Source: Lobosporangium transversale
Lineage: Eukaryota
DNA length: 64,000 nt
Assembly (NCBI RefSeq): GCF_002105155.1
Contig: NW_019029019.1
Location: 186,001 to 250,000, forward strand
Reading direction: 5' to 3'
In this document: positions 1-13,459 of the stretch, one piece after another
Position numbering within the stretch: position 1 is the stretch's first letter
How the letters are laid out: the number at the start of each line of letters is the position of its first letter
Notes under the pieces: model-generated
What the model was told of the DNA's origin: nothing
Databases searched by the model: none
Seen by the model: only the letters and a program-made list of their open reading frames with translations
Made by a program: the position numbers and the translations under genes

Positions 1-1
1 G

Positions 2-1726
2 AGCGAGCGGACAGTGGAGTTAGTCAAGAATCTATTCCCATACAGTGCCTATTTCAGCAATGCACCAACACCTTTATTTTCAGATACGACAACGTTCGAG
101 GATGCTATGGAGGCTGCTCAAGGATGCCATCGTCATCTGAGCAAGCTGTTTGAGCAATTAGAGGAAGTCTCAGCATTTGAACTGTTACGCACAAGCTATG
201 ACCGCGCCAACTACTTGTTAACTAAGGAAGCCAAGATCATTGCCATGACCTGTACACATGCAGCTCTCAAACGACGAGAGCTTGTCAACCTTGGATTCAA
301 GTATGACAACATTGTTATGGAAGAAGCAGCCCAGATTTTGGAGGTGGAAACCTTCATTCCTATGCTGTTGCAGGAACCAGAAGATGGAGTCAACCGGTTA
401 AAGCGTGTCATTCTAATTGGTGATCACAATCAGTTACCACCTGTGGTTAAAAACACATCCTTCCAGCAGTATGGCAACATGGAGCAGAGTATGTTTACTC
501 GCTTTGTCCGCCTGGGTGTCCCCACAATCCAGCTGGATGCCCAAGGTCGTGCCCGCTCTGATATGGCCGATCTATACAAGTGGCGATACAAGCAACTGGG
601 AGACCTACCCAACATTACAGAGAGGGAGGAATTCAAGTTTGCCAACCCAGGATTCCTGTACGATTATCAGTTTGTGAATGTGGAGAACTATAAAGGTCAA
701 GGAGAGAATTCACCAAGGCCTCATTTTATCCAAAACTTGGGAGAGGCTGAGTATGTTGTAGCGGTGTACCAATACATGCGTCTACTGGGTTATCCGGCGG
801 AGAAGATCACGATCTTGACGACGTACAATGGTCAAAAAGACCTGATACGTGATGTTTTGGACAGGCGGTGCGGCTGGAATCCGATTTTTGGCAAGCCAGC
901 ACGCGTCACAACCGTTGACAAGTATCAGGGCCAACAAAACGATTGTAAGCGAGGATGCTATTTCCAGTAAAAGTCTCGTGCTTGTATACGTTTTTTTTTT
1001 GTGTTGACCTATTGTTTTATTTACACCACATTAACCCTTTGGTATGATTGCTTTTATTTTTTAGATGTGCTACTGTCACTTGTTAGGACGAAAGCGGTAG
1101 GACATATTCGTGATGTGCGTCGTCTAATTGTAGCGCTGTCTCGTGCCCGGTTAGGTCTGTATATCTTTGGCCGTCAGCGTTTGTTCGAGAATTGTCATGA
1201 GCTTGAGCCAGCGTTCAAACGACTCCTTCGACGTCCCACAAAGCTATGGCTTAAGACTGGAGAAATGTATCCTAATACGACTCGGCTCATCAGTAACGAT
1301 ACCAAGGCAGAAAAGGGCGATAATGAAGACATGGAAGCTGAAGCTGATGCTGATGCTGAGGGTGGAGAAGGTGCCAAGAAGAAGAAGCAAAAGAAGAAAG
1401 CGGCCGCCAAGAAGAAGGACAAGGGTAATAAGGGGGGTAAAGGCATGGACGACGAGTCTGGTGAAACATCAGGATCAAGTAGCAACAACTATGAGATTGA
1501 GAATGTTGGACAGTTTGGAGAGTATATTTTTGGAATGATGAAGGAGCAACAACAGTTTGCGCTACAACAGCAAAAGGCATACATGGAGAGTCTGCAACTT
1601 CCATCGGATGTCATTCCGCAGATTGAAGCTGCAGCTGATCATAATAAGGATATAGAGATGGCAGCTGAAAATGAAGGAGGCCCAGATGCTGCAGAGAATG
1701 TGGCCATGGATGTGGATAGCAAGTAG
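2..1726 (+). CDS. AQR: Aquarius/Cwf11 intron-binding spliceosomal SF1 helicase, 3' part (5' end outside window; intron 945-1064)
   Basis: Motifs [41 protein letters not shown] and [11 protein letters not shown]. Splicing gtaagc(945)...ttag(1064) joins [14 protein letters not shown]...[11 protein letters not shown]. Confidence 0.95.
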
Positions 1727-1762
1727 CTGTAAAGTGTAGTAATGTGGTGAAATTGACCCCCA

Positions 1763-1795
<33 letters not shown>

Positions 1796-2107
1796 GGTTT
1801 ACTTTGAGTGGATTAATCTGAATGAATATTGTTTTTAGATTACTAAGAGTCCAGTGTTCTGGTCTCATGAGTAGCATCCATAGCACCCTTACGGGCGGAA
1901 AAAGTAAAATATTGATAGTTATATTAACTGAATGAATTCCAAAGGCTGGGGAACCAAATGCGAAAAGGGCATAGTTCAGCCACCCAAGCTTAAGAAAATG
2001 GTGAGAGTCGTTATGCTCCACAGTTTATTGGGATTTGAATGCCTCATCCTTTTGGATCGGCGAATATGAAGCGAGAAATATTACTGACTAAGATGACCGT
2101 GAAAAAG

Positions 2108-2138
<31 letters not shown>

Positions 2139-2923
2139 CCGTAATAAATATATATACATGAATGTCTAATTGCCTAATATATTTATGAGCAGGATTTAAT
2201 TGGATCGATGTACGGTGAGGTGCGTTCTTTTTCCGAGATTACGGAGCTCTATTGTTAAAACAGGGAGGAGCAATTACGTGCTCCGTTTGATAAAATGACT
2301 CGTGGCATGTAGTGGTGTGGCGGTTGTGATAAGGATCCAGAACATTTATGCAATAATGATGATGGATGAAGGAAGATATTGAGGCTCTTAATAAAATCAA
2401 TCGGATTCGCCTGCGTAATAATTGTGTATCTGAATAACCTAAAGCCTTTCTAGTCATGTCATTAGGGATCAAGCAATGCAAGAGCCTGCTTCGACTGATC
2501 CCTGAAGAGTGTGAATCCGCGCTTTGTTTCAGGAAGTGCGTCTGAACCAATGGATAGAGATTGGAGTTTGGCATGAATGTGTTGTCGCAGCGGTGGACGA
2601 GCCATGTCATAGTTTTTCTGTTGCTCGGAGGAAAGGGTCCGATATTCTGTTAATACAGATAGTTTGGTCCCTGAAAAGGATGTCTTTTCCGAAGCACATG
2701 TGAATATGTACGTCCATTTTTCATTTTTTATTATTATGAACTTTCGATGTAATGATCTTGTCATCGACATCACCGGTGACTAGTGGACTAGTGGATTGAT
2801 CAGAATATTTCAACAGACATTTCCTTGCCGCTTTTCTTTTCGCTTTTTCATTTTCTTTCCCTTCCCTTCAAACCTTTTGATCCATTACAGATTACAGATC
2901 CTCAAAAAAAAAAAAAAAAAAAA

Positions 2924-3535
2924 ATGACAAACTCACGATCTCAAACTTTTATTTCCGACCAGCCCGTAACTGTTCAACGTAAACCGTTTGCACAGAATCA
3001 AGATGGCCCTGGTGTAGGCTTTCCTGATCCAGGTACTGCAAGGGCAAGCATCGCTGCTACTCCTTCCTGCCCTAAGGGTACCACCAAGGACAACTGGGCG
3101 GCCAAGCACTCACACCAGACCGTGCTGCAGCAGCACTGCAGTTTCTTTGATCGCGACAATGATGGGGTGATCTGGCCCCTTGATACCTTCCGTGGCTTTT
3201 ATGCCCTTGGCTTCAACGTCTTCCTCTGCGTCCTCTCTGTGTTTGTTATCCACGCCAATTTTTCCTACCCTACCTGCCCAACCTGGATCCCTGATCCATT
3301 CTTCCGTGTTTATACCGAGCGTATTCACAAAGACAAGCACGGAAGTGACACTGGAACGTATGATACAGAAGGTCGGTTTGTGCCACAACGGTTTGAGGAT
3401 ATTTTTGCAAAGTATGCGCCAGCAGATCAGGATGGATTGACATTGAATGATATTTGGTTGCTGCTAAAGGGTCAGAGAGTGATTCTTGACCCAATTGGAT
3501 GGTTTGGTGCTTTCTTTGAATGTAAGTTTGGTTTT

Positions 3536-3567
<32 letters not shown>

Positions 3568-3793
3568 TTCTTGTCCCATTGTTTGATTTTTTGAGATTGA
3601 CACATTTTTTATGTTTTATATTTTATATTTTATTTTATTTTATTTTTGCAAACCCAAAGGGATTGCAACTTATTTGTTGCTTTGGCCAGAGGATGGAGTG
3701 ATGAAGAAAGAAGACATCCGCCGGGTCTTTGATGGAAGCATTTTCTTCGAGCTGGAGGGACGAAACAATGCGAAGATCAAGAAGACTGAATAA
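2924..3793 (+). CDS. Caleosin/peroxygenase (intron 3522-3659)
   Basis: TVLQQHCSFFDRDNDGVIWP EF-hand, proline-knot region YPTCPTWIPDPFF, HKDKHGSDTGTYDTEGRF. The splice restores FEW-IATYLL...DIRRVFDGSIF. Confidence 0.93.
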
Positions 3794-4147
3794 TGTAAAT
3801 AGGATAGATATCAAGCAACTCGCACATGAATAGGAACGAAAAGTTTATTTCCTTCTTTGCATTGCAACCTGTTGCTGTGCTGTAAAGAAGACGTAGCTTT
3901 TTTCTTGAAATCAATGGAATTACCAAAGTACATGTAAATAAAAATAAAAAATAAAAAATAAAAAAGGATGCATTGACCATAACCAAGTATAAATGAAGTG
4001 TTGTTGTATGTATGTATTATTTATTTATTTATTATATTTTATTTATTTATTATTTTAATTATTTTTTATTTTAATTATTTTTTATTTTGCTTTTTGTTTG
4101 TTTTTATGTCTGTGCTGTCTGTGCACTACTTTACTCCATTCTGTTTT

Positions 4148-4278
4148 AAAATAAAAAATAAAAAATAAAAAATAAAAAATAAAAAATAAAAAATAAAAAA
4201 TAAAAAATAAAAAATAAAAAATAAAAAATAAAAAATAAAAAATAAAAAATAAAAAATAAAAAATAAAAAATAAAAAAT

Positions 4279-4311
<33 letters not shown>

Positions 4312-4316
4312 AATAA
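4148..4316. repeat. (AAAAAAT)n heptamer microsatellite, roughly two dozen copies
   Basis: Directly visible tandem run. Confidence 0.9.
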
Positions 4317-4525
4317 ACGTCATAATGATTTATGGCGTGATAAACATATGATAGAGACCCATGGGCCATGATTTGGAAATCTTTTTTCCTTCATTCCCCC
4401 TCTGCATGAGAAACATAAAAGAAGACCAACAGCGCTTTGTTCCTCTCTACAATTTTCAACCTTCCCAGATTTTTTTTTTTTTTTTTTTTTTCTTCCCTGA
4501 CAAAGCACAGACCACCTTTTGGAGA

Positions 4526-5389
4526 ATGGAGGACCCAGGTGAGGGAACAAACATTCTATGAACTCCTTTATCGGGCATTACAGTTATTCATTTATGCATC
4601 CTAAGTCTTCATTACTGTTATTAAGTCTTTTATTTAATTTTTTATCTCTTTATTTATTTTTCATTCCAATAGCAAGCGAGATTCCGTCCGTCATCTATAT
4701 GCTGACAACAGGGACACCTTCGGAACAGAAACATACCTTGGAGACATACTTTACCCCAGACAGTAGCTTTCAACATCCTTTTTGTCGAGTTTCCAGCTTT
4801 TCAGACATATCCATCCCCTTACTTGGAGTTATTAATTCAAGATGGGTCATGTGGATGATTTATCGGTGGTACAAGTTCCTCAGTCCTAAAATTGCAATTG
4901 AAGTGCATTCTGTTGGTATGTCAATGTTGCTGTTGATGTTTATAACGGATTGAGATCAGAGGGATGATAAAACAATTCTTTCACGGATTATAATCGTGTT
5001 CGCAGTAATGGAATGTAACTGATTATTATTATTATTATTATTACTTTGTATTATGTCGATGTTATGTATATTACATTGGTATAGTTCAGGACCTTAAGAA
5101 ACGTGTCCTCTATGTCGAAATCTCTCAAGTCTTCTCTCTCTGGTTCGTTCCTCTCTATAAATCGCATGTGCACTTTGTCGCGGCTCTACATTTAACCCAA
5201 TTCCCAGATGATAAACGGTACTACATATTTAAACAAGAGGATCACTATCAATTCAATGAGTTTGTCAAGTTTGTTTGGCCCGGTGGAGACACTTTCTTGA
5301 CCATTTGGCAATTCACTGCGACCCTGGCTTGCATCATTGGCGGACTGTTATTAGCGCCCTTGACCTTTTGGACGTGGAGGAGAGAGTAA
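4526..5389 (+). CDS. Conserved fungal NTF2-like-fold protein with C-terminal hydrophobic segment (exons 4526-4538, 4673-4915, 5085-5389)
   Basis: GT-AG splicing gives a continuous ORF: MEDPASEIPSVIYMLTTGTPSEQ..YFTPDSSFQHPFCRV..YRWYKFLSPKI..LYVEISQVFSLWFVP..YYIFKQEDHYQ. It resembles a family I recall from filamentous ascomycetes. Confidence 0.75.
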
Positions 5390-5764
5390 CCTAGAAAGGA
5401 AATAAAGCCATCGCAGGATTGCAAAAAAAAAAAAAAAAAAACCATGCAAACGAATGACGAATCTGAATCATTGCCAATGTTCGCACGCTTTTTCTGAGCA
5501 ATGGCAGTTCGTCATGTTTCTAACTTTCTGAGAGGGGGAACTCATTGAGTCCAAAAAAAAAAAAAAAAAATAGGTCATAATGACTTAGCATTTGATTAAT
5601 GAACAATGGCAATGATCGCAGAGTTCGCTCATGGTCCAGTCCTGTAGAAATATAAATAAAGACACCAAAATTGCTCCTACAAAAAAAAAAAAAAAAAAAA
5701 AAAAAATCTCTTCAAGCAAATTTATATACTCCTATTCCAATCATCAACATCTATACTTTCAACA

Positions 5765-7278
5765 ATGGCTACAAACATTGCTGCAAATGTTGCACAGCGT
5801 CACTTTGGAGAAGTCCCCGTGAACGCCTCCAATGAAGACAAACAAAATGTCTCTTCCTCCACAGATATGCTTGCTTGCTGCTGGGTAGGCAAGGACAAAG
5901 TCGAGATGAGGAGAGTCCCCAAGCCCGATATCACTGACGAGGAGGATGTCATTATGCGAGTCACCGGAAGCACTGGTGAGCTTTTGATCTGATAAAGTCT
6001 TTTAGTTTGCACTCTGCAATACACGAGAGAAGTTTTTTTTTGCAATTTATTAATACATGTTAATTTATATTGTACTACAGTTTGTGGATCGGATCTCCAT
6101 CTTTTCCACGGAGAGATAATGCAGCTCAAGGCAGGCGAGATCCTTGGTCATGAATGCATCGGTATTGTCGAGAAAGTCGGAAGTGCTGTCACTGCAGTCA
6201 AGCCCGGCGATCGTGTTGTTGCTGCATTCAACGTTGCCTGCGGCAAATGTCAATTCTGCCAAAAGAAGCAATTCACTGCCTGCGACTGCACCAACAACAG
6301 CTCCGTAATGGAGAAGCTCTACGGCCATCGCACCGGAGGCGTCGTCGGTTACTCACACGTAAGCTGCGGTTTTCTATAAAGTGATGTGATGCTGACGCTA
6401 TATCTTATCATAACTGAGTTTAATAATATTTTCATTATTCAATTTAGTTTGTTGGTGGCTTCTCAGGTTCTCAAGCCGAGTATTGCCGTATCCTCTATGC
6501 CAATAACAACCTTCTCAAGGTTCCTGACAATCTGCCTGATGAAAAGGCACTGTATCTCTCGGATATTGTTCCTACATCCTATCACGCCGTTTGGGAGGCT
6601 GGTGTCAAAGAAGGGGATGTTGTCGGCGTCTGGGGTCTTGGACCCATTGGTTTGTGTGCTGTCCAATGGCTTCGTAACGTCTTCAAGGCCTCCCGTATCC
6701 TCGTCATCGACAATGTTCCAGAGCGTCTTAATATCGCCAAGGAACGATGGGGCGCCGAAATCATCAACTTTGACGAGTACACCGATGTTTCTTCCAGAGT
6801 GAATGAGCTCGTTCCCAACGGTTTGGACCGTTCAATTGACTGCGCAGGCTTCCGATATGCAAAGTCCATCGTCCATAAGATTGAGCGAGCTGTTGGGCTC
6901 GAGACGGACACAAGCGAGGTTGTCAACGAGATGATCCGTTCCACCAAGAAGTTCGGCACTATGGCTATCATTGCAGACTATGCTGCGTATACGAACCATC
7001 TTTTGATCGGTGGCATCATGGAGAAGGGTCTCCGACTCATCGGATGTGGCCAAGCACCTATTCAAAGACACTGGGATGAATGCCTTTCACATATTGTTTC
7101 AGGCCGATTCGACCCTACCATCATTTTGACCCACAGATTCCCCCTGAAGGAAACACCTGAAGTTTACAAGAAGTTTGATGTGAAGCATGCTGGCATGATG
7201 AAGGTCTTCCTTGAAACCCAGTTTAGTTCTCCTCCTGCAGCTGGTACTCCCAAGCTCTCATCGGTGAACAGTCTCTAA
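5765..7278 (+). CDS. Zn-dependent medium-chain dehydrogenase, formaldehyde dehydrogenase-like (introns 5976-6080, 6359-6447)
   Basis: VCGSDLH, ILGHE, CGKCQFC..C structural Zn site, GGFSGSQAEY, LSDI, WGLGPIG Rossmann motif. Confidence 0.93.
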
Positions 7279-8078
7279 GTGTGAAGCTGAAGTATAAAAC
7301 TTCCTTCATGGAGTTCTTTTCACAGTTGGCCATGTACATAAACATTGAGCATCGGCCACGCTCACTGCTATTGAACTAATAAAATGTGCAAGCGTTGCAA
7401 AAAAAAAAAAAAAAAAAAAAAAAAGAGTAAATGTTTAAACGTTAGGATGTTTCATTGCTCGCGCGAATGCTGACTAAATGATAGGTGTACTGTGATTTGG
7501 CACGATACAACTTTTTGCTCCTTGAGCGATTAACAAAAAAATGCCAAGATGCTGACGCGTCAGTTCTTGAAGGAAAAGCCCAAGAACAAGCAAACCCAAA
7601 ATTGTGCTTTGACTTTGATGAGAAAAGAACTCACCATGGCCAAAGGCGGGTTAAGACCCAGTTTTTCGCAACCCGCACCTTACTCATCTCTCATATCTTA
7701 CAAGTCAACTGTGGAAGAAATTACAACACAATATTAGCAAGCCCGCGCCTCAAAAATAAGAGCGATTGGTAAAGCAGTTAGTGTTGTTGGCACACTTCAG
7801 CGCTTACAAACTTAAGCGATCCATTTTAATTATATACCATAGTAGTGTTTAAAAAAGGCTTTTATAGCTCCAGTTTCTCCTCTCTTGCCCCATTACGATG
7901 ATCGCACCCCCGTTACTCTGAGAGATAGACAAACATAGTTTCTTTTATTTCATTTGTAAATTGCAATAGCTAAAATCGTCCTTATTGTAAAACTTGACCC
8001 AAAAAGGGAGAAGGGCTACAATGGGTCGATGACACCGATATATCAAAGAGAAGTGGGTCTGCTCTCTCATATCGTATT

Positions 8079-8417
8079 TTAAGCCGCGCGGCATCGGACA
8101 CTCTGGACATTATCCTTGAACCAGCCACAGAAGTTGCGGTATCCAGAAGAGTCAATTGTCGCAATGTAGTCGTTGCTGCATCCATCGGACTTGTAGATGT
8201 CGCAGGTCACACCTCTTCTGGTGATGGCAGAGCAGGCATCGAAATCAGGCCAGTTCTGGCAAGAGTTCATGGCACCAACATTAAGATATATTCCAGTGCA
8301 GTCTTTGCCACGGTACAGAGCAATCTCGCCATTGTCTGGAGGAGCACTTGGGTGGTTGCAGTTGGCCTGAACAGTGGCAACGGCGATGAGAGCAAGAGCA
8401 AGAGCAGAGAAACGCAT
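8079..8417 (-). CDS. Small secreted 8-Cys protein (112 aa), paralog 1; possible beta/gamma-crystallin (MiAMP1-like) fold
   Basis: Signal peptide, 8 Cys, twofold LYxGxDCxG / IYKSDGCS motif, terminal SVRC. Two paralogs lie in the window and share the TATA region. Confidence 0.85.
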   Translation of the reverse strand: MRFSALALALIAVATVQANCNHPSAPPDNGEIALYRGKDCTGIYLNVGAMNSCQNWPDFDACSAITRRGVTCDIYKSDGCSNDYIATIDSSGYRNFCGWFKDNVQSVRCRAA

Positions 8418-9134
8418 GGCTGTTGTGGTTATTGCTGTTGTTTTTGTAGAATGAGATTGTTGTGGTAGTGATAGTTGTAGATGCTGATGAGGGAAAATTA
8501 CAGAGAGGGATTGAAGGGTATTTATACAGAACCAACTTCAGCTAATGTCCTAGTGTAAGCAGTAGCTACAATAAATATCGGACAGCAGATTCCAGTTCAG
8601 ATGGCCTATAGCCAATAAGCCCCGGCTACTCTTCTCGACATCGGCGGTATATCCTCGAGATGACGGCAGTCAGGTTATTTCCCCTTGATGCATCGATTGA
8701 CGCCGTCTAGGTAAAGTGTTTTGATCCAAGACGCGTTTTCTCATTTCTCGCCGCTCTCCTTTTTGAAAGCAGTAATAGACGGTACAACTAATTCTGGTCC
8801 AATCGAATTTCCCCGTTTTTTTTATTTTCTTAAAAGTCGACAGTAAAAGTAAAAACCACACCAACAAAAGGCCGTGTATGCGAAGACAATTTTATTTTCA
8901 TTCAACGCCTACATTCTCGACACGGACCCACAAGGTGCATTAGATTCGATTTTTTTTTTTTTTTTTTTTTTTTTTCAGCCACTTGGCGAATCATTTGCAG
9001 CTCATATTTGTCTTGTCTATTGATCTGACCTTTGTCTTGCACATTATGGAGTTCGAGTCTGACCTTTGGCTTGCACATTATGAAGGTCGAGCCCAAGGGG
9101 TTACTTACTTCATTGTATCACAAGTGATAACTCC

Positions 9135-9181
<47 letters not shown>

Positions 9182-10309
9182 GACCGTTCAACACGCCGCT
9201 TTCTTTTTCCTTCACCAATAACCTCTTGATACTTGTGCTTTTTAAAGATTGATAAAAATAAATTAAAACATCCGACCTTGCTACTGTTCAACCCTCCATC
9301 TGTTGAAACCATTGTACTTTTCGTAGATATTTGAGGGGGAGACAGCATAGGAGCATAGGAGCATAGGAGCATAGGAGCATAGGGGCTTAAGGGCAAAGGT
9401 TGGAATTTGGCTTTCTATGGCGGCGCCCATTTTTTTAAATCCTTAGATGTGGATTGTTTGTAATGAAGTAGTTTTATCTGACATGATAAATTTCAATGAA
9501 GCAATATTATGCTCCACAAAAAACCTTAATACCAGACGTCTCAATAATTGTTACACAAAAACTATACGCATTAACTTGTCTCTCTATGCATGCCTCTAAT
9601 TTCTTTTTTCTTTTTTCTTTTTTTTTTTCTTTCATTCTTTTCATCAAGTAGGCTAACTTTTGGAAAAATGATCATTCTAAAGCGAGAAAGCTGTGGGGGG
9701 AGGGGGGGGGAGGGGGAGCAGTGATGGAGATGATAGGGCTTTGGTACATACATGTACAAAAAGACACAATATTGAAGGGACGAACACTTTTTGGATCTTT
9801 CACGCATTTAAGGCCATGGTCTATAGGTGAATACCGCTTCCAGCGTCAAGCTACCTACTCCTAGACCTTAACTTACAAATGCATTTTGCCCAATCTACTT
9901 TAATGGACGCTAAAGATGAAAAAAAGGGCTGTTTTCAAGACTGAGGAAAATATAGTGGAATGGTAGAGGCATGTTAGGATGAATGACACAATAATATCCT
10001 TTAACATAATGAAGATTTATGCGCATGATGCCATCTTCATTTTTTTATTCATTATTTGTGATAGTAACGGCGTCATGCGCTCTAACTATAAGGCTGAATC
10101 CCAAGAGTAAAAAAAAAGGATTCGTGAATAACTTCTTTTGATGCGGCCGTTATGCCTTTGTAGACAACTATAACAGGGGGGGGGGGGGGGGGGGGGGGAG
10201 CTACTGAAAGGCCCTTTATTTTATTTTATTTTATTTTATTTTTTGGTGGTAAGCTCAATAGCTTTAAGCAGGTTAAGGATAATTCAATTGTGATTAATGG
10301 AATTCTTAC

Positions 10310-10346
<37 letters not shown>

Positions 10347-10865
10347 CAGAGATTGTTATATTCCTCGGTAATCCTTATTTTATCAGGTAGGATACGCCAC
10401 ACTTTAATCATTTACTGCTACTTCATCAGCTCTGTAATGTAAATGAAAGGGTGGAGACTCACTTTTGAAATCTGATTATTCACCACCAGCGGACGAATAT
10501 ATTCTCATCTGGTACTGAACTCCTTTAGTCAACTTGAAGGATAAAAACGCATTACAAAGGGGATTTGCTTCGGCAAACCCCTCCCCCCCCCTCCTTTTTT
10601 TTTTTTTTTTTTTTTTTTTTTTCCCTTTCCTATTAGACATGGCGAATGATATTCAAGATCATTTTATGATTATTAGCGCGCGTGCTTTGGAAAGGATTTG
10701 GCTTGACAAGCTGAACTTTTTTTTATTTTAAAATTTTAAAATTTTTAACCAAAACAAATCAGAACGTGCTCAATTACAGCGGCGTGTGTCACATTTTTGA
10801 TGATTGTTGGTGAAGCGGTCCAAAGGTTCTCGATTCGCGGAGAGAAAATTTCGACTTTTTAAGTC

Positions 10866-11200
10866 CTAGACAGTTATTACATTGGTGCCATGAAGACCTT
10901 GGCGCCGTACATGTGCCTTGATGCTCCCAAAAACCCATTCGACTGCAATGAGATAAGTGAGGAGTAGGGAGTAGGGAGGTAGTAGCAAGTAAACGTGTCC
11001 TTCATCATTCACAACATCTTTCACCCGATGGTTCATGGGAAGGGACATTATTCATATGATTGTACTCGGGATCGGAAGAATAGGAATGACTTCCAATAAA
11101 GTCGAAATGGTACACGCCATAGGATTGCAGGCTTATTAATTATATTAGTTAAGCAATCCGTGACCTCTCTCATGGTCACTCCTCTACCTCATTAGAGAAC
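10866..11200 (-). pseudogene. Tc1/IS630-type DDE transposase remnant
   Basis: LLLPPYS..IAVEWVFGSIKAHVRR matches the Tc1 C-terminal LPPYSP.LNPIE..F..IK motif. The frame is broken upstream. Confidence 0.65.
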
Positions 11201-11395
11201 AAACCTTTGTGGGCACTCAAAAATATGCAGAATCGCTTCAAACAATAGTTATACAGACAATAACAAAAACACAAAGGGTCAAGGTTCTTTTAGTTTATTG
11301 GAACAGGGATACATATAATCCGAACATGTGCAACGATAGCAGTATGTCTTCATCTTGAGATCCTTTAGTACTTTGGCTTTTTTTTTTTTTTTTTC

Positions 11396-13376
11396 TCACC
11401 CGAGTTGATCGCCTTCACCTTGATACATTTTAACTTTTTTTCCCTTTGTTGGAGTTGTATTTGTTTTTGGAAGTAGTTTAAGGGCTCTCTCTGCCTTTCT
11501 TTTCTTTGACTGCTCTAGAGTTTGGGCAGAGTCCCATTTGTCCAACTCAGCTCTAACTTGCTTCGCGAACCAAAAAGATTTTTGAACCAGTTCCTGAAAG
11601 CAGGTTTGGAACGTACTTAGCCTTGTGGGGAGAGTAATTGTGGTGCATTCGTGGAGTCGAAAGCAACCCATAAAATCCAAAGCATAGAGCTCTAACCTAT
11701 TCCTTGCAATATGAACTCCATACACTGTTAGGCCTCTTGTAGGTTCGCGACCGTTCTGTATCATAGCCTCAACATTATAAATCCATGTGTCCTTAAGATC
11801 ACGGGTCAGCTTGAAATGATCTGAGAATGCCTTGTCAGCATCCTTAGCATCAGGCGGTGAACACTCAAACAATACTACCTGTAGACCATCGTGTGACACG
11901 GTTGCATCTACTTGGTGGGCATGTACAGCCTTTTCTTGCATAGGGATCCTATGAAGATTCTTCCTTCTCTGACACCCTAGTATTTTAATTTCAAAGAGCT
12001 CCATATCTTTTCCAACCAGTCGAAATGCATGGCGAAACGATGGTATCACAATCTCAGAGAAAAACTGTCGTTCATTCATTTTTGGCATTATACCGTGGTG
12101 GGGAAAAAACATTGAACTGAATAGTATGAAATATATATGTTGTTAACAAAATATTTGCAAGGGAGGATAGGTTAATATGACAATATGCTACTTACAAATT
12201 CTCCAAGACTGCTGTGATTGACCTTGTAACACGATTGCTCCTATCTATCTTAACTGCTTCCTCTAATGCATCTTCGAAGCTTGCCTGTGGACCTCGGAAT
12301 AAGGTAGATAGAGTGTCGCTGATGTCGTCATCTTGTTCAATATCTAGGCCTTCACTAACAATTTGGTTAAAAATATCATCAGCCAATGTGTCGATGAAAT
12401 CACTACGTGAGGTTAAATCAGCAATACCATCACGCGAAAGTGAATATATATTTGTTTCTTGAGACCGCTTGAAATCGTTGAATATAGCAAGTACATCCTT
12501 TTCATTCAACATCCATTCAGATACTTGGTTGAGAAACCTAATGTGGACTAGATTCAAAAAAGGATCAGTTCGATACTCTAAATATTTCTATCGCTTGCCA
12601 TAAAGCTTTAATCAACAAAACTAACCGCCTGTAGCCGTATTGTCATAGAACTTATTGGTTGACTCGACCTCCAATTGCTTTTCATATGACTTAGATCTCC
12701 CCAATTGTGGAATTCTCTGTATTTCGATAGCTTCTTTGACATTGACATCATCCACATTTTCCTGTACAAGGGAACGCTCATTAATAATAGTAATAACAAG
12801 CAGCACATTAGCCAGGAATAACAATTAGCATTGTAGCAGCACATACCAAAGATGAGGAACTAAGAGATGTTATAGATGCTGTATCGGTTTATGGAATCTG
12901 TTAGCAATAATGACAATACGACGTGTAAGGACACGGATGAGGCGCTTACCAACAGCAATAGCAGTACCTTCCGTTGTTAAGTTAACCTGCAGAGGGATGG
13001 GGTGAGTTTTCAAAAAGTTGGTTGAAGCCTTCGCCTTGAAGGTGAGTTCTTCAATCTTTTCTTCATGCAGAGCGTTTTTAAAATCGATGGCCTTCTTGGC
13101 CTCAGTCTCAAGATTCTGCCCTTCTGCATCGCTTTGAAGGTATCTGAGGATGGCGGAGCAGTACGTCCTTATTGCAGTAGAGCCATTCGCTTTTAAGGAA
13201 ATAAGGCCCCCGATGTAATCTCGATAGTATTTCCCTAGAGGATGAGAAGCAAAGCTTGAAGGGGTCCAGCTGGAAGGGTTTTCCTCCAAGAAGAAGTCAT
13301 GAAGTCCCATAGCCTCTAAAGTACTAGTATCAAGTCTCGTCTCGGGCCCGCTGGACGTTGGAGCAGTTGGAAACAT
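11396..13376 (-). CDS. Multi-exon protein with C-terminal PD-(D/E)XK restriction-endonuclease-like domain
   Basis: Four collinear minus-strand ORFs with intron signals. The last exon has VDATVSHDGLQVVLFECS..DHFKLTRDLKD..VYGVHI, typical of fungal REase-fold proteins. Exon borders are approximate. Confidence 0.65.
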
Positions 13377-13459
13377 CTTAACTGACTCTAAGTTGGTTAG
13401 CTTCTTTTACTTTTATAATGGAGAAATAACTCAATGGAGGCAATTTCTGATATTCTAAA

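Noticed and set aside
2239..2773. Overlapping minus-strand ORFs
   Set aside because: No recognisable domain or consistent splice model; at most a decayed gene.
4082..4369. ORFs rich in F/I/Y/L
   Set aside because: Translation of the (AAAAAAT)n microsatellite.
7485..7772. Short plus-strand ORFs after the dehydrogenase gene
   Set aside because: No motifs and no supportable start.
9345..10199. (gcatagga)n repeat and poly-G runs
   Set aside because: Simple low-complexity sequence with no further support for function.
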